A stretch of DNA of 64,000 bases from Casimicrobiaceae bacterium (GCA_036505865.1 DASXSP010000002.1:6745-70744), one strand, 5' to 3'. Shown: positions 26,728 through 36,512, counted from the first letter of the stretch. Numbers and translations: made by a program. The notes: a model not told the origin generated them from the sequence alone.

Positions 26728-28131
26728 ATGCCACATGCGTTAATCATCGACGACGACGAGATAAACAGCGCTTCGCTGGCCGAAATGATTGCCGACGAAG
26801 GGTTCACGACCGCAACGGCGCCCACATTGGCTGCGGCGCGCGAGCACTTGAAGGAAGCGCCCGATATCGTATTGCTTGACCTGGTTCTGCCCGATGGGAA
26901 CGGCATCGATTTGTTGCGCGACTTGACGCCCGATGCGGCGACTGAAGTGATTGTCGTCACCGGCCACGCTTCCATTGAAACGTCGATTGAGGCAATCCGC
27001 CACGGCGCAAGCGACTATCTGGTGAAACCGGTCAATCCGATTCATCTTCGTAATGCGCTTTCACGGGTCGCGCGTCCGGTGGAGCTCCGTGCCGAGGTTA
27101 CGGGCCTTCGCAACACGCTCCGCTCGCTTGGACGATTCGGTTCTCTGGTGGGCAGCTCGCAGCCGATGCAAAGGCTTTACGACGCAATCGAGCGCGTGGC
27201 ACCCACGAATGCGACGGTGTTCATCATCGGGGACAGCGGCACGGGAAAGGAAGTGGTCGCGCAAACGATCCACGATGTGAGTCGGCGCCGTCTACAACCC
27301 TTTCTCGCCGTGAATACCGGTGCAATCTCGCCGCAGTTGATCGAAAGCGAGCTGTTCGGTCACGAGAAGGGCAGTTTCACGGGCGCCAATCGACAGCATC
27401 GTGGCTTTTTCGAGCGCGCGAACGGCGGCACGTTGTTCTTGGACGAAGTGGTCGAGATGCCGATCGATCTTCAGGTCAAGCTTTTGCGCGTGCTCGAGAC
27501 GCGCACGCTAAGCCGCGTCGGCTCCGATGAGCCCATCGAAGTCGACGTCCGTGTGCTGGCGGCAAGCAATGCGACGCCGCAAGAAGCGGTCAATGCAGGA
27601 AAGCTGCGGCGCGATCTCCTCTATCGTCTTCAGGTGTTTCCGGTATACGTGCCGCCGCTGCGCGAACGCGACGGCGATATCGAGCTTTTGGCGAACCACT
27701 TCTTGAGCGAGCTCAACAAGGGTGCGGCAACACCGAAGTCGTTTACCCCTGCCGCGGTGGAGCGGTTGAAGCGCTATGGCTGGCCGGGTAATGTGCGTGA
27801 GCTGTGGAATGTCGTGCAACGCGCCTACATCATGAGCGACGGCCCATGGATCACGCAGCTTGGCTTGTCGAGCGAGCCGACGCTCAACGCAGAACCGTAC
27901 AGCCGATCGTTTCAAATTGCGGTCGGCGATCGCATCGACGCTGTCGAAAAACGCTTGATTCTTGCGACCGTTCAGCATACGAAAACGCGCGAGGCGGCCG
28001 CCGCGGTGCTTGGCATCAGCGTGAAGACGCTCTACAATCGCTTGCGTGCATACGAATCCGCCGCACAAGCGCCGGCTGCGCCGATTCCGGAAATTACCGT
28101 CGAGCACAACGAACGCAGCGTGCCAAGCTGA
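26728..28131 (+). CDS. sigma54-dependent response regulator (NtrC/AtoC family)
   Basis: Receiver (IIDDD, LLDL), GDSGTGKE, ESELFGHEKGSFTGA, FLDE, WPGNVREL, Fis HTH LGISVKTLYNRL. Confidence 0.96.
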   Translation: MPHALIIDDDEINSASLAEMIADEGFTTATAPTLAAAREHLKEAPDIVLLDLVLPDGNGIDLLRDLTPDAATEVIVVTGHASIETSIEAIRHGASDYLVKPVNPIHLRNALSRVARPVELRAEVTGLRNTLRSLGRFGSLVGSSQPMQRLYDAIERVAPTNATVFIIGDSGTGKEVVAQTIHDVSRRRLQPFLAVNTGAISPQLIESELFGHEKGSFTGANRQHRGFFERANGGTLFLDEVVEMPIDLQVKLLRVLETRTLSRVGSDEPIEVDVRVLAASNATPQEAVNAGKLRRDLLYRLQVFPVYVPPLRERDGDIELLANHFLSELNKGAATPKSFTPAAVERLKRYGWPGNVRELWNVVQRAYIMSDGPWITQLGLSSEPTLNAEPYSRSFQIAVGDRIDAVEKRLILATVQHTKTREAAAAVLGISVKTLYNRLRAYESAAQAPAAPIPEITVEHNERSVPS

Positions 28132-28161
28132 ACGCTGTCGCACGTGTTGCGGCGTCATCGT

Positions 28162-28172
28162 GTAACTGTTAC
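28162..28172. promoter_or_regulatory. GTAA-N3-TTAC palindrome (candidate activator site 2)
   Basis: GTAACTGTTAC about 65 nt upstream of the sigma54 promoter at 28236. Confidence 0.45.
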
Positions 28173-28235
28173 GCAGGCTTTGCAACATTTACCCTGCCAT
28201 CATGCTTTCGTGCGCCGCTCGACGGGCGCGAGCGG

Positions 28236-28251
28236 TGGCATGCGCGTTGCA
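28236..28251 (+). promoter_or_regulatory. sigma54 promoter for the CBS-DUF3175-PRTase-hydrolase-Ere operon
   Basis: TGGCATGCGCGTTGCA, near-consensus, about 50 nt before the AGGAG RBS region. Confidence 0.85.
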
Positions 28252-28303
28252 TAAAAATTCATCGCCAGCTTGCAAACGGTAATCTCACGCAAGGAGCAAT
28301 GCG

Positions 28304-28732
28304 ATGAAAGTTAGCGAAGCGATGACGCGCGACGTGCGCGTTGCGAGTCCCAATGAGACCATCCGCGACGCCGCGCGGATGATGGCCGAGATCAACGCCG
28401 GTTCGCTGCCGGTGGGCGAAAACGATCGTCTGGTCGGCGTAATCACAGACCGCGATATTGCGGTGCGCGCAGTCGCCGAAGGCAAGGCGCCGACGACGAA
28501 AATCCGTGACGTCATGAGCCCCGAAGTGCTGTACTGCTACGACGATCAGGAGTTGGACGACGTGGCAAAGAACATGGGCGACGTCAAAGTGCGGCGGATG
28601 CCCGTAGTCAACCGCGACAAACGGCTCGTTGGCATCATCTCGCTGGGCGATCTCGCGACCCACGAGGATCTCGAAACCGCCGGCGACACCGTTGCCCAGG
28701 TATCTCAACCGGGAGGTCCGCACTCTCACTAA
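28304..28732 (+). CDS. Tandem CBS-domain protein
   Basis: MKVSEAMTRDV, LVGVITDRDIAVR, VRRMPVV...LVGIISLGDLA. Confidence 0.95.
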   Translation: MKVSEAMTRDVRVASPNETIRDAARMMAEINAGSLPVGENDRLVGVITDRDIAVRAVAEGKAPTTKIRDVMSPEVLYCYDDQELDDVAKNMGDVKVRRMPVVNRDKRLVGIISLGDLATHEDLETAGDTVAQVSQPGGPHSH

Positions 28733-28742
28733 AGGGGCGCGG

Positions 28743-29090
28743 ATGGCGACGAAACATCGGCGTAGTGCAGCGGCCGCCAAGAAGCGAGGCTCCACTAAGC
28801 CGCGACGGTGGTCGCAGCAGGTGACGGAGACAAGCGACGCGCTGGATCTCGAGCGCGGCGTGTTCGCGCAGCCGAATCCCAGCTCCATTGCGCGCTCGCT
28901 AAAGCGGTCCGCCGAGCGGAGTCGGCGACGGAAGGCGGATCCCTTCCGATCCGCGATGTCGATGCTCGTGTTCTACATCAACCGTGCCGGAAAGAACCTT
29001 GGCAAGCGGCGACTTGCAGTCCTCGAGCGCGCCAAGGATGAGCTGCGGCGTCAGTTTCACCGACCGCCGCGGACGGCGAAGCACGCCTGA
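28743..29090 (+). CDS. DUF3175-like basic protein
   Basis: RWSQQVTETSDALDLE, SLKRSAERS, FRSAMSMLVFYINRAGKNL. Confidence 0.85.
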   Translation: MATKHRRSAAAAKKRGSTKPRRWSQQVTETSDALDLERGVFAQPNPSSIARSLKRSAERSRRRKADPFRSAMSMLVFYINRAGKNLGKRRLAVLERAKDELRRQFHRPPRTAKHA

Positions 29091-29095
29091 GCAAC

Positions 29096-29767
29096 GTGGC
29101 GCTGCCACTTCCAGATCGAACGGGGGCGGGTGAAATGCTCGCCGAGCGACTCGGTGGTTATGCGAATCGGTCCGATGCGATTGTCCTTGCGCTCCCGCGC
29201 GGCGGCGTTCCCGTCGGATTTGCGATCGCGGAACGTTTGCACATCGACCTCGATGTGATCGTCGTGCGCAAGCTCGGCGTTCCCTCACACGAGGAGCTTG
29301 CCATGGGCGCCGTAGCGAGCGGAGGGCTGCGGGTTCTCAATCGCGAGATCGTTGCGCTCGCTCGCATCGACGACACGACGATCGACAGAGTCGTTCGCGC
29401 CGAGCTGCAGGAAATCGGCCGCCGCGAAGCGCGTTATCGGCATGGCGCTCCTGCACCGTCGCTACGCGAGCGTACGGCGATACTCGTCGATGATGGTCTT
29501 GCCACCGGTTCGACGATGACCGTCGCCGTGCAAGCGGCGCGCCGCGAACATCCGCAGCGAATCGTCGTTGCCGTGCCCGTTGCGGCCGCGGAAAGCTGCG
29601 ACGAATTGGCGGAAATTGTCGACGAGATGATCTGCCTCTACACGCCGGAGCCGTTTCGCGCGGTCAGCGTCTGGTACGAGCAATTCGGTCAAACGAGCGA
29701 CGACGAAGTCATTGATCTCTTGAGCCGTGCGCAGTCGCACCGTCACGCCGCGCTCGATCGCCAATGA
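29096..29767 (+). CDS. Phosphoribosyltransferase family protein
   Basis: LALPRGGVPV, VRKLGVPSHEELAMGA, ILVDDGLATGSTM, VSVWYEQFGQTSDDEV. Confidence 0.92.
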   Translation: MALPLPDRTGAGEMLAERLGGYANRSDAIVLALPRGGVPVGFAIAERLHIDLDVIVVRKLGVPSHEELAMGAVASGGLRVLNREIVALARIDDTTIDRVVRAELQEIGRREARYRHGAPAPSLRERTAILVDDGLATGSTMTVAVQAARREHPQRIVVAVPVAAAESCDELAEIVDEMICLYTPEPFRAVSVWYEQFGQTSDDEVIDLLSRAQSHRHAALDRQ

Positions 29768-30453
29768 AGAGGATAGCGATGAACGCAACCTTGAGCCAAA
29801 TGGTCCAGATTCCAGCCGATGCGGGCGTCCTCGAAGGAATGCTCGAGCTGCCCGCGAACGCGCGAGGCGTCGTGCTGTTTGCGCACGGGAGCGGCAGCAG
29901 TCGCATGAGCCCGCGCAATAACTTCGTCGCCGAAAACCTCCGCGAAGGGGGCGTCGGTACGCTCCTCGTCGATCTGTTGCTGGCTGCCGAGGAAGCGGTC
30001 TATGAAACGCGATTCGATATTCCATTGCTGACGCGGCGGCTTGCCACCGTCGCGGCGTGGATTGCCGAATCGCGCGCTGCAAGCGATCTGCCGCTGGGCT
30101 TGTTTGGCGCGAGTACCGGCGCGGCGGCAGCGATCCGCCTAGCCGCTTCGGAGCGCCCGAATATCGCTGCGGTGGTTTCACGCGGTGGACGGCCGGACCT
30201 CGCTGGATCGAGCGCGCTTCAAGGGTTGCGGGCGCCGACGCTCTTCATTGTCGGCGCCGACGACCACGGCGTCATCGAGCTGAATCGGGCGGCGTATCAG
30301 GAGCTCCGTTGTCAAAAAGAGCTCGAGCTCATCCCGGGCGCGACGCACTTGTTCGAAGAACCTGGAACGCTAGCGCGCGCAGCGCAGCTGGCCCGACGCT
30401 GGTTCGAGCGCCATCTTCACGCGGACGTTCGCACGTTCGCGTTCGCGCGGTAG
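29764..30453 (+). CDS. Alpha/beta hydrolase (dienelactone hydrolase-like)
   Basis: FAHGSGSSRMSPRN, FGASTGAAAA, VSRGGRPDLA, PGATHLFEEPG; start 29764 or 29779. Confidence 0.92.
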   Translation: MKRIAMNATLSQMVQIPADAGVLEGMLELPANARGVVLFAHGSGSSRMSPRNNFVAENLREGGVGTLLVDLLLAAEEAVYETRFDIPLLTRRLATVAAWIAESRAASDLPLGLFGASTGAAAAIRLAASERPNIAAVVSRGGRPDLAGSSALQGLRAPTLFIVGADDHGVIELNRAAYQELRCQKELELIPGATHLFEEPGTLARAAQLARRWFERHLHADVRTFAFAR

Positions 30454-30459
30454 CACCCG

Positions 30460-31809
30460 ATGGCGCGCAGCGTCGATACGATCGTCGATGAAGCGATCGC
30501 GGAGTCTGCGCATCCCTTGGAAGGCGCAAGCGACGACTACGAGCCGTTCTTCAGCCTGATCGGCAACGCGCGCTTTATCCTGCTCGGCGAAGCAACGCAC
30601 GGCACGCACGAGTTCTATGCGGAACGCGCGCGGATCACGCGAGGACTAATCGAGCGTTTTGGCTTCAGTGCCGTCGCGGTCGAAGCGGATTGGCCCGACG
30701 CCTACCGCGTGAACCGTTACGTCCGCGGACAGAACCGGGATCGTAACGGCCAAGACGCGCTCGGCGGCTTTTTGCGCTTTCCGACTTGGATGTGGCGCAA
30801 TACGGACGTGCTCGCCTTCGTCGAATGGCTGCGAAACCACAACGACAGCCAACGCTGCCACGGGAAAGTGGGCTTCTACGGCCTCGATCTCTACAGCCTT
30901 TACACTTCAATCGATGCGGTGCTGCATTATCTCGATCACGCGGATCCGGAAGCCGCGCGACGCGCACGGGCGCGTTACGCGTGCTTCGATCACTTCGGGG
31001 CGGATAGCGAGCGCTACGCGTACGCAACCGCATTCGGCACGTCGCAGTCCTGCGAAGACGAAGTCATCGCACAACTGGCCGAGATGCAGCGTCGCGGCAT
31101 TCCTCCCGGCGAGGGTCTCGCCGGCGATGCGAGCGACGAGCATTTCTACGCAATGCAAAATGCTCGACTCGTGCAGAACGCCGAGGAGTATTACCGGACG
31201 ATGTTCCGTGGACGCGTGTCGTCATGGAATCTGCGAGATCGCCACATGGCGGAGACGCTCGAAGCGCTCGACGCGCACCTGTCTCGAGGCAGAGCCGCGA
31301 AGATCGTCGTGTGGGAGCACAATTCCCACGTCGGCGACGCGCGAGCGACGCAAATGGGCGCGATCGGCGAATGGACGGTCGGACAGCTTGTGCGCGAACG
31401 CTACAACGCCGAAAGCATGCTGGTCGGTTTCACAACGCATCGCGGAACGGTGATCGCGGCATCGGATTGGGGCGGCCCGGCCGAGCGCAAGCACGTACGG
31501 CCCGCGCTCGCCGACAGTTACGAAGACCTCTTTCATCGCGCCAGCGTCGGACGATTTCTTCTCCCGCTGCGCGGCGATAACCCTGCGATACGCGGCTTGC
31601 TTGCAACGCGACTGGAGCGCGCAATCGGCGTCGTCTACCTGCCCGAATCGGAACGGACGAGCCATTACTTCGACGCCAGGCTGCCGCGCCAATTCGACGC
31701 GGTCATTCACTGCGACGAAACGAGTGCATTGGAGCCGCTCGAACCGGTCGGGACGACAGCGCAAGAGCCAACGCGCGAAGCACCCGAAGCCTATCCAACT
31801 AGCCTCTAG
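30460..31809 (+). CDS. Erythromycin esterase family protein
   Basis: LLGEATHGTHEFY, AVEADWPDA, FPTWMWRN, WNLRDRHM, WEHNSHVGDARAT, LERAIGVVY. Confidence 0.92.
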   Translation: MARSVDTIVDEAIAESAHPLEGASDDYEPFFSLIGNARFILLGEATHGTHEFYAERARITRGLIERFGFSAVAVEADWPDAYRVNRYVRGQNRDRNGQDALGGFLRFPTWMWRNTDVLAFVEWLRNHNDSQRCHGKVGFYGLDLYSLYTSIDAVLHYLDHADPEAARRARARYACFDHFGADSERYAYATAFGTSQSCEDEVIAQLAEMQRRGIPPGEGLAGDASDEHFYAMQNARLVQNAEEYYRTMFRGRVSSWNLRDRHMAETLEALDAHLSRGRAAKIVVWEHNSHVGDARATQMGAIGEWTVGQLVRERYNAESMLVGFTTHRGTVIAASDWGGPAERKHVRPALADSYEDLFHRASVGRFLLPLRGDNPAIRGLLATRLERAIGVVYLPESERTSHYFDARLPRQFDAVIHCDETSALEPLEPVGTTAQEPTREAPEAYPTSL

Positions 31810-31824
31810 CTCGTAACAACGCCT

Positions 31825-32643
31825 CTAGCCCGTTACTTCCGTCGATGGACGATTGGTCGTCACGGGATATTCATGCTGCGCGGTATCAAGCGCCGCTGCC
31901 CACTGTTCCTTGGTGACCGGCACGCGCTCGGCAAGCGCTTCGCTGATCAACGTGCGCCAGTGTGCGACGACGTCAGCATGGCGCACGTCTTGCGGATGCA
32001 GTGACAAACGGAGGAGCGAACGATGCCCGGCGCGCGCGAGCTCGGCACGGATCAATGCGCGCGATAACGCACGCCGCCAACGCGTGTCGGGGCTGTAGCA
32101 GAGATTGGCCGTGCGTGAGAAACGCCAATGCGGCAGACGAAAAATCCCGCGGCGCGACGACACATAGCGGAACGGATATCCGCACTGATCGATAGCCGTC
32201 CGACTTCCTTGACCAAGTAGCCACGCGGGTGGCACAAAGCCGTACAACGGCCAACGGAGCGCCCGGAACACCTCAATGCCGTGCGCCAATCGCCATGCAG
32301 CGGCCGCTTCGTTCAGTGCGGCAAATTCGCCTTCCGCGCGAGTCAATATCCGTCGCTCGACAAACCCCCGCAGCGTACGCGGCGGCGGTTCGTCGTCGCG
32401 ATGGTGGAAGCCATGAAGCGCCAGCTCATCACCTCGCGCCAGCCGCCGGTCCAGCGCGGCGATAAAAGGGGCGTTCTTCGTGATGAGATTCTGATAATGG
32501 TAATGCGGAACGACCAATATCGTGACGGGTCGAGCGCCAAGCTCGTCGAGCATCTGCAACAGTTGTGCGCATTCCGGCCACGTCTTCGGCGCGGCGTCGT
32601 GAACGACAAACGCAACGGCGGGCGCCGCGTCATCACGCGGCAT
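31825..32643 (-). CDS. Polysaccharide deacetylase-like protein (DUF2334 type)
   Basis: VVHDAAP, LALHGFHH, AEGEFAAL, GFVPPAW, LRLSLHPQD. Confidence 0.82.
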   Translation of the reverse strand: MPRDDAAPAVAFVVHDAAPKTWPECAQLLQMLDELGARPVTILVVPHYHYQNLITKNAPFIAALDRRLARGDELALHGFHHRDDEPPPRTLRGFVERRILTRAEGEFAALNEAAAAWRLAHGIEVFRALRWPLYGFVPPAWLLGQGSRTAIDQCGYPFRYVSSRRGIFRLPHWRFSRTANLCYSPDTRWRRALSRALIRAELARAGHRSLLRLSLHPQDVRHADVVAHWRTLISEALAERVPVTKEQWAAALDTAQHEYPVTTNRPSTEVTG

Positions 32644-33751
32644 ACCGCGCCGTTCCTCTCAATTGCCAGCTTTGCACGGCGCGGTACAGCTCGAGAAGGC
32701 CATGGATCACCGCGTCCCAGCTGTAGCTTCGCTCGACGTGAGCTCGTGCGCGACGTCCCATCGCGTCGAGGTCACGCTGATAAAACGCGTGAATCGTCGA
32801 GGCGAGCGAGCCGGCGTCGCGCGCCGGCGCGAGCATGCCCGTTTCCAGCGTCACGAGCTCCGGCGCAGCGCCCGCCGCAGCCGCAATAACGCCACGTCCG
32901 CAGGCCATTGCCTCGAGCAAGACGAGTCCGAACGTTTCCTGGTCGCCGGCGTGCACGAGTCCGTCGGCGCTCGCGATGATTCGCGCAAGCTCACGCGACG
33001 AGCGCTCATAGGGACGCACGATGACGTTCGGCTGCCGCGCGATGCGATCGCCCGTGCCGAGCATTAACAAGTAATAGGGGCGCCCGAGCTTGCGGAACGC
33101 CGACAACAGCACAGACAGATTCTTCTCGCGCGCGAACCGTCCGGCATAGACCAGAATTCTCGCACCTTCGCCCAAGCCGAGCTCCCGCCGCAGCGTCCTC
33201 GTTCTTGCCGAAGGGTTGAATGTCTTGAGGTCGACGCCGAGCGGACGGACGACGACGTTTTCGATGCCCCAGCCGACCAGGCGGCGGCGCATGAATTCGC
33301 TCGGCGTGAGCACCACATCACACCGCTGGTAGAACGAACGGAGATACGCGCGCATCACCATCGCAGGAAGAGAACCGAGTCGCCGCGCAACGGCACCAAC
33401 TACGTCGCTGTGGCAGAAGGCAACCAGCGGGATGCCGAGCTCGCGCGCCGCGTGCCACGCAACCCACCCGACGAGCCCGGGATCTTCCGCCTCGATGATG
33501 TCGGGTTCGTAGCGAAGCATCGCCTCAAACCATGGCGATACGCGCCACGGCCAGCGGCGAGACGCATCGTTTGGCGCCCACGTGGCGATGAAGTGCTCGC
33601 CCTCCTCGCCGATGCCGTCGAACGGTCCCGGAACGAGCAGCGAATGGCGACACGCCGAGTTACGTGCGAGCCAGCCTCGCTTTTCCTTCAAGTAGCGCGC
33701 AACGCCACCGCCCATCGGGCCGTACAGCATCGTCGTGTCGAGAACGTGCAT
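32633..33751 (-). CDS. Glycosyltransferase family 4
   Basis: GGGVARY, YAGRFAREKNL, DGLVHAGDQETFGLVLLEAMACG; start 33751 (alternative 33862). Confidence 0.92.
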   Translation of the reverse strand: MHVLDTTMLYGPMGGGVARYLKEKRGWLARNSACRHSLLVPGPFDGIGEEGEHFIATWAPNDASRRWPWRVSPWFEAMLRYEPDIIEAEDPGLVGWVAWHAARELGIPLVAFCHSDVVGAVARRLGSLPAMVMRAYLRSFYQRCDVVLTPSEFMRRRLVGWGIENVVVRPLGVDLKTFNPSARTRTLRRELGLGEGARILVYAGRFAREKNLSVLLSAFRKLGRPYYLLMLGTGDRIARQPNVIVRPYERSSRELARIIASADGLVHAGDQETFGLVLLEAMACGRGVIAAAAGAAPELVTLETGMLAPARDAGSLASTIHAFYQRDLDAMGRRARAHVERSYSWDAVIHGLLELYRAVQSWQLRGTARYAA

Positions 33752-33940
33752 GTCGATGGGCGCGCCGTTGGGCGCGCGCCGCTCAAGAGCGCTGGCCGGC
33801 GACACCTTCCCCATCGCGGGCCAGGACCGCATCTTCGACATCGCGTTCGTCGCCACGTTCACCGCCGCACAGCCGGCTAGCAGAGCGCTAGCCTCTGCGA
33901 TCGGCCGGCAAGCAGCTGACTGCCCTCCTGCTGGTTCTTG

Positions 33941-34240
33941 CTACTTTTTATCCTTCTTTTCCTCGGTTCCCGGAGTCGCGGACGGTGTCGGCGTCGGCGA
34001 TGAGGGAGTCGCTGAGCTCGACGATGGCGGCGTCGGTGGGCTTGCGCTCGACGGTGACGATGGCGTCGACGGCGCAGGCGACGAGGATGACGATGACGAC
34101 GGAGGTGTCGTCGGAGCCGTAGATTGAGCGGTCGACGATGACGGCGGAGGGGTCGTCGACGTCGTCGTTTCGCGCTGGCATCCAGCCGCTCCGAGCACGA
34201 GTGCAACACCGATTACGAGAGACAGTTTGCGGTTCGACAT
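33941..34240 (-). CDS. Small Pro/Ser/Thr-rich lipoprotein
   Basis: MSNRKLSLVIGVALVLGAAGC lipobox followed by a low-complexity tail. Confidence 0.8.
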   Translation of the reverse strand: MSNRKLSLVIGVALVLGAAGCQRETTTSTTPPPSSSTAQSTAPTTPPSSSSSSSPAPSTPSSPSSASPPTPPSSSSATPSSPTPTPSATPGTEEKKDKK

Positions 34241-34296
34241 TGGTGGACCTCCAGCTTGGTTACCGAAATGGCGGCAACGAACTACCTTCGATGCCA

Positions 34297-34312
34297 AGCA
34301 GGATCAGTGCCA
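34297..34312 (-). promoter_or_regulatory. sigma54 promoter for the lipoprotein (and possibly GT4-deacetylase) unit
   Basis: Minus strand TGGCACTGATCCTGCT, GG-N10-GC. Confidence 0.72.
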
Positions 34313-34419
34313 TTGGGAGACGCGCGCAGAGTGTGATGGCTAGGCTCGGATTGCGCACGAATGGAACATCGCGGCGGTCGGCGCCGCGCGCGCTTCCGCG
34401 AAATTCGCCCCTGCGTAAG

Positions 34420-34430
34420 GTAATAGTTAC
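34420..34430. promoter_or_regulatory. GTAA-N3-TTAC palindrome (candidate activator site 3)
   Basis: GTAATAGTTACCACG about 110 nt upstream of the 34297 promoter; shares the CACG flank with site 1. Confidence 0.45.
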
Positions 34431-34511
34431 CACGCCGCTTTGAAACACGTAGCAACCGCCGCTACGCTAATTCCTACAGAGCCCTTGCCGCTGTGGCACA
34501 CCGCATTGCCG

Positions 34512-36512
34512 TTACAAGCCGAATATCACGATCGTCGTGCTACCTGTCAACGGGATCGAGCCGCCGCTGTGTCCCGACGCGACGGCGACGTATTGCTTGC
34601 CTTTCGCCTCGTACGTGATGACGCCGCCTGCGATCGGACCGCCGGTATCGAAGGAGTAGAGCCGCTTGCCGTTGCGCGCGTCGAGCGCGAGAAAATTGCC
34701 GCTCAAATCGCCGGTGAACAATACATTACTGGCGGTGGGTGTAAGCGCGGCGTACATCGGCGTCGGCATCTTGACGCGCCACGCCATCTTTCCGGTTTTC
34801 GGATTGACTGCGTTGATCCAGCCCGCCCACTTGCTAATGGAATCGTTCGTGCCCCAGCCGTTGGACAATCCGGTGTATGGCACCGTAGCCACCCATTTCG
34901 GATCCGGCCCCTGCTTGAACACCGTACACCAATCGATCGCGTTGACGTACAACAGGCCGGTGAGCGGACTGTGCGCCGCGCCGTTCCATTGCACGCCGGC
35001 CACGGGACAAACTCGCACGCCTTCCGGTGTCAATGGCACATCGTGATTGAGCAGCGTGGTCATCGGCAGCTTGAACACGAGCTTGCCCTCGTCGCGCGTG
35101 ACGACGTGGAGAATGCCCTCCTTGCCGGCAGTCGCTACGAGCTTCTTGCCGCCGGCATCGAACAACGAGACCACGGTCGCATCCCAATCGTGGTCGTCAT
35201 TCGGCCGCAACTGATACCACCATTTCAGTTTGCCGATGCGCGCATCGAGCGCGACGGTCGAAATGGAGAACAGATTTGCCCCGGGTCGCATCCTGTTGTT
35301 GTAATCGGGCCCTGGATTTCCCACCGGCACGAACAACGTGCCGGTCTCGCGATCGAGTGCATACGTCACCCATGCAGCACCGCCGCCGTGATTCATCGAA
35401 TCGGGCGTATCCCATGTGTTGGCGCCCGGATCGCCGGGCTTTGGAATCAGGTCGAAGGTCCACGCGAGCGTACCGTCCTCGACCTTGAAAGCCATCATCC
35501 GACCCTTGATGCCCCAATCGCCGCCTGCCTTGGCGACATAGACAATGTCATTCCACACGATCGGCGCCGCGCCGATGCCTTCACCGACGCTCCAATCGGC
35601 AACTTGACGCTCCCACAACCGCTCACCGGTCTTGGCGTCGAGTGCGTACAGGACCCCGTCTTGCGTCCCGCGTATCACGCGTCCCCCGGCGATCGCGACG
35701 CCCTTGTTCGTCGCGTTCATCTCGGGACCCTGCGGGACGTGCTGATGCGTCCATAGCTTCCGACACGTCGTCGCGTCGATCGCGTACGTGCCGAGATGCG
35801 TCGTCGCGTACAGGATGCCTTCGTACATCACCGGTCCGGTCGAGAACGTTCCGAGCTCGCCCAACTGGAACATGCATATGGGTCGCAGCTTGCCGGCGTT
35901 TTGCGTGTTGATCTGTTTCAACAACGAATAGCGCTCGCCGCGATAACCCTTGTTGTACATCAGCCAGTTGGTGGTCGCAGTGTCGGCGGCATCGAGCTCC
36001 GCTTGCGTCGGTTTCGAAGTTGTCGGCTGAGCGAGCGCTCCGTAGAGCTCGCCGATCTTGACCTGGCCGGGGGCCGCGGTTCCCGCCGCGGTGGCAGACG
36101 CAGATATCCCGGGCAACTCGAGCACGCGATCTGTCGGCGTCTTCGGCGTGAACATCTCGTTACCTGCAGGCAGGCCATTTTGGGCGAGGATGAACGACAC
36201 GATGTCCGCATATTCCTGGCTTGGAAGCGACGCACCGACACCGAGCGGCATGTTCTTGTGGACGTAGTCGTACAACTCCGAAAGCTTTTTGCCGTTCCAT
36301 TGCGCGACGAATTGCGTGCCCTTCAAAGGAGGCGCGCCCGTGCCCTGCAATTGCGCCCCGTGGCATACGGAGCACTTTTGTGCGTACTCGAAACGGCCCT
36401 TCGCGGTCTGCGCCGGCGTAAACCAACCGGTCCCGTCGGCGAAGGCAGCGGGAACGACAGAAGCTGCGACTAGAAATAAAAATACGCTGCAACGTGTCGG
36501 CGCGCACTCCAT
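34512..36512 (-). CDS. PQQ-dependent dehydrogenase with N-terminal c-type cytochrome
   Basis: Signal ending AAFA; CSVCH heme motif; W-rich beta-propeller repeats; GGAAW, GNPGPD, RPNDDHDWD, YEAKGKQYVAVASG. Confidence 0.88.
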   Translation of the reverse strand: MECAPTRCSVFLFLVAASVVPAAFADGTGWFTPAQTAKGRFEYAQKCSVCHGAQLQGTGAPPLKGTQFVAQWNGKKLSELYDYVHKNMPLGVGASLPSQEYADIVSFILAQNGLPAGNEMFTPKTPTDRVLELPGISASATAAGTAAPGQVKIGELYGALAQPTTSKPTQAELDAADTATTNWLMYNKGYRGERYSLLKQINTQNAGKLRPICMFQLGELGTFSTGPVMYEGILYATTHLGTYAIDATTCRKLWTHQHVPQGPEMNATNKGVAIAGGRVIRGTQDGVLYALDAKTGERLWERQVADWSVGEGIGAAPIVWNDIVYVAKAGGDWGIKGRMMAFKVEDGTLAWTFDLIPKPGDPGANTWDTPDSMNHGGGAAWVTYALDRETGTLFVPVGNPGPDYNNRMRPGANLFSISTVALDARIGKLKWWYQLRPNDDHDWDATVVSLFDAGGKKLVATAGKEGILHVVTRDEGKLVFKLPMTTLLNHDVPLTPEGVRVCPVAGVQWNGAAHSPLTGLLYVNAIDWCTVFKQGPDPKWVATVPYTGLSNGWGTNDSISKWAGWINAVNPKTGKMAWRVKMPTPMYAALTPTASNVLFTGDLSGNFLALDARNGKRLYSFDTGGPIAGGVITYEAKGKQYVAVASGHSGGSIPLTGSTTIVIFGL

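Noticed and set aside
30460-31809. Macrolide resistance gene
   Set aside because: Belongs by motif and context to the widespread PRTase-associated Ere-like group; no evidence of EreA/EreB activity or mobile context.
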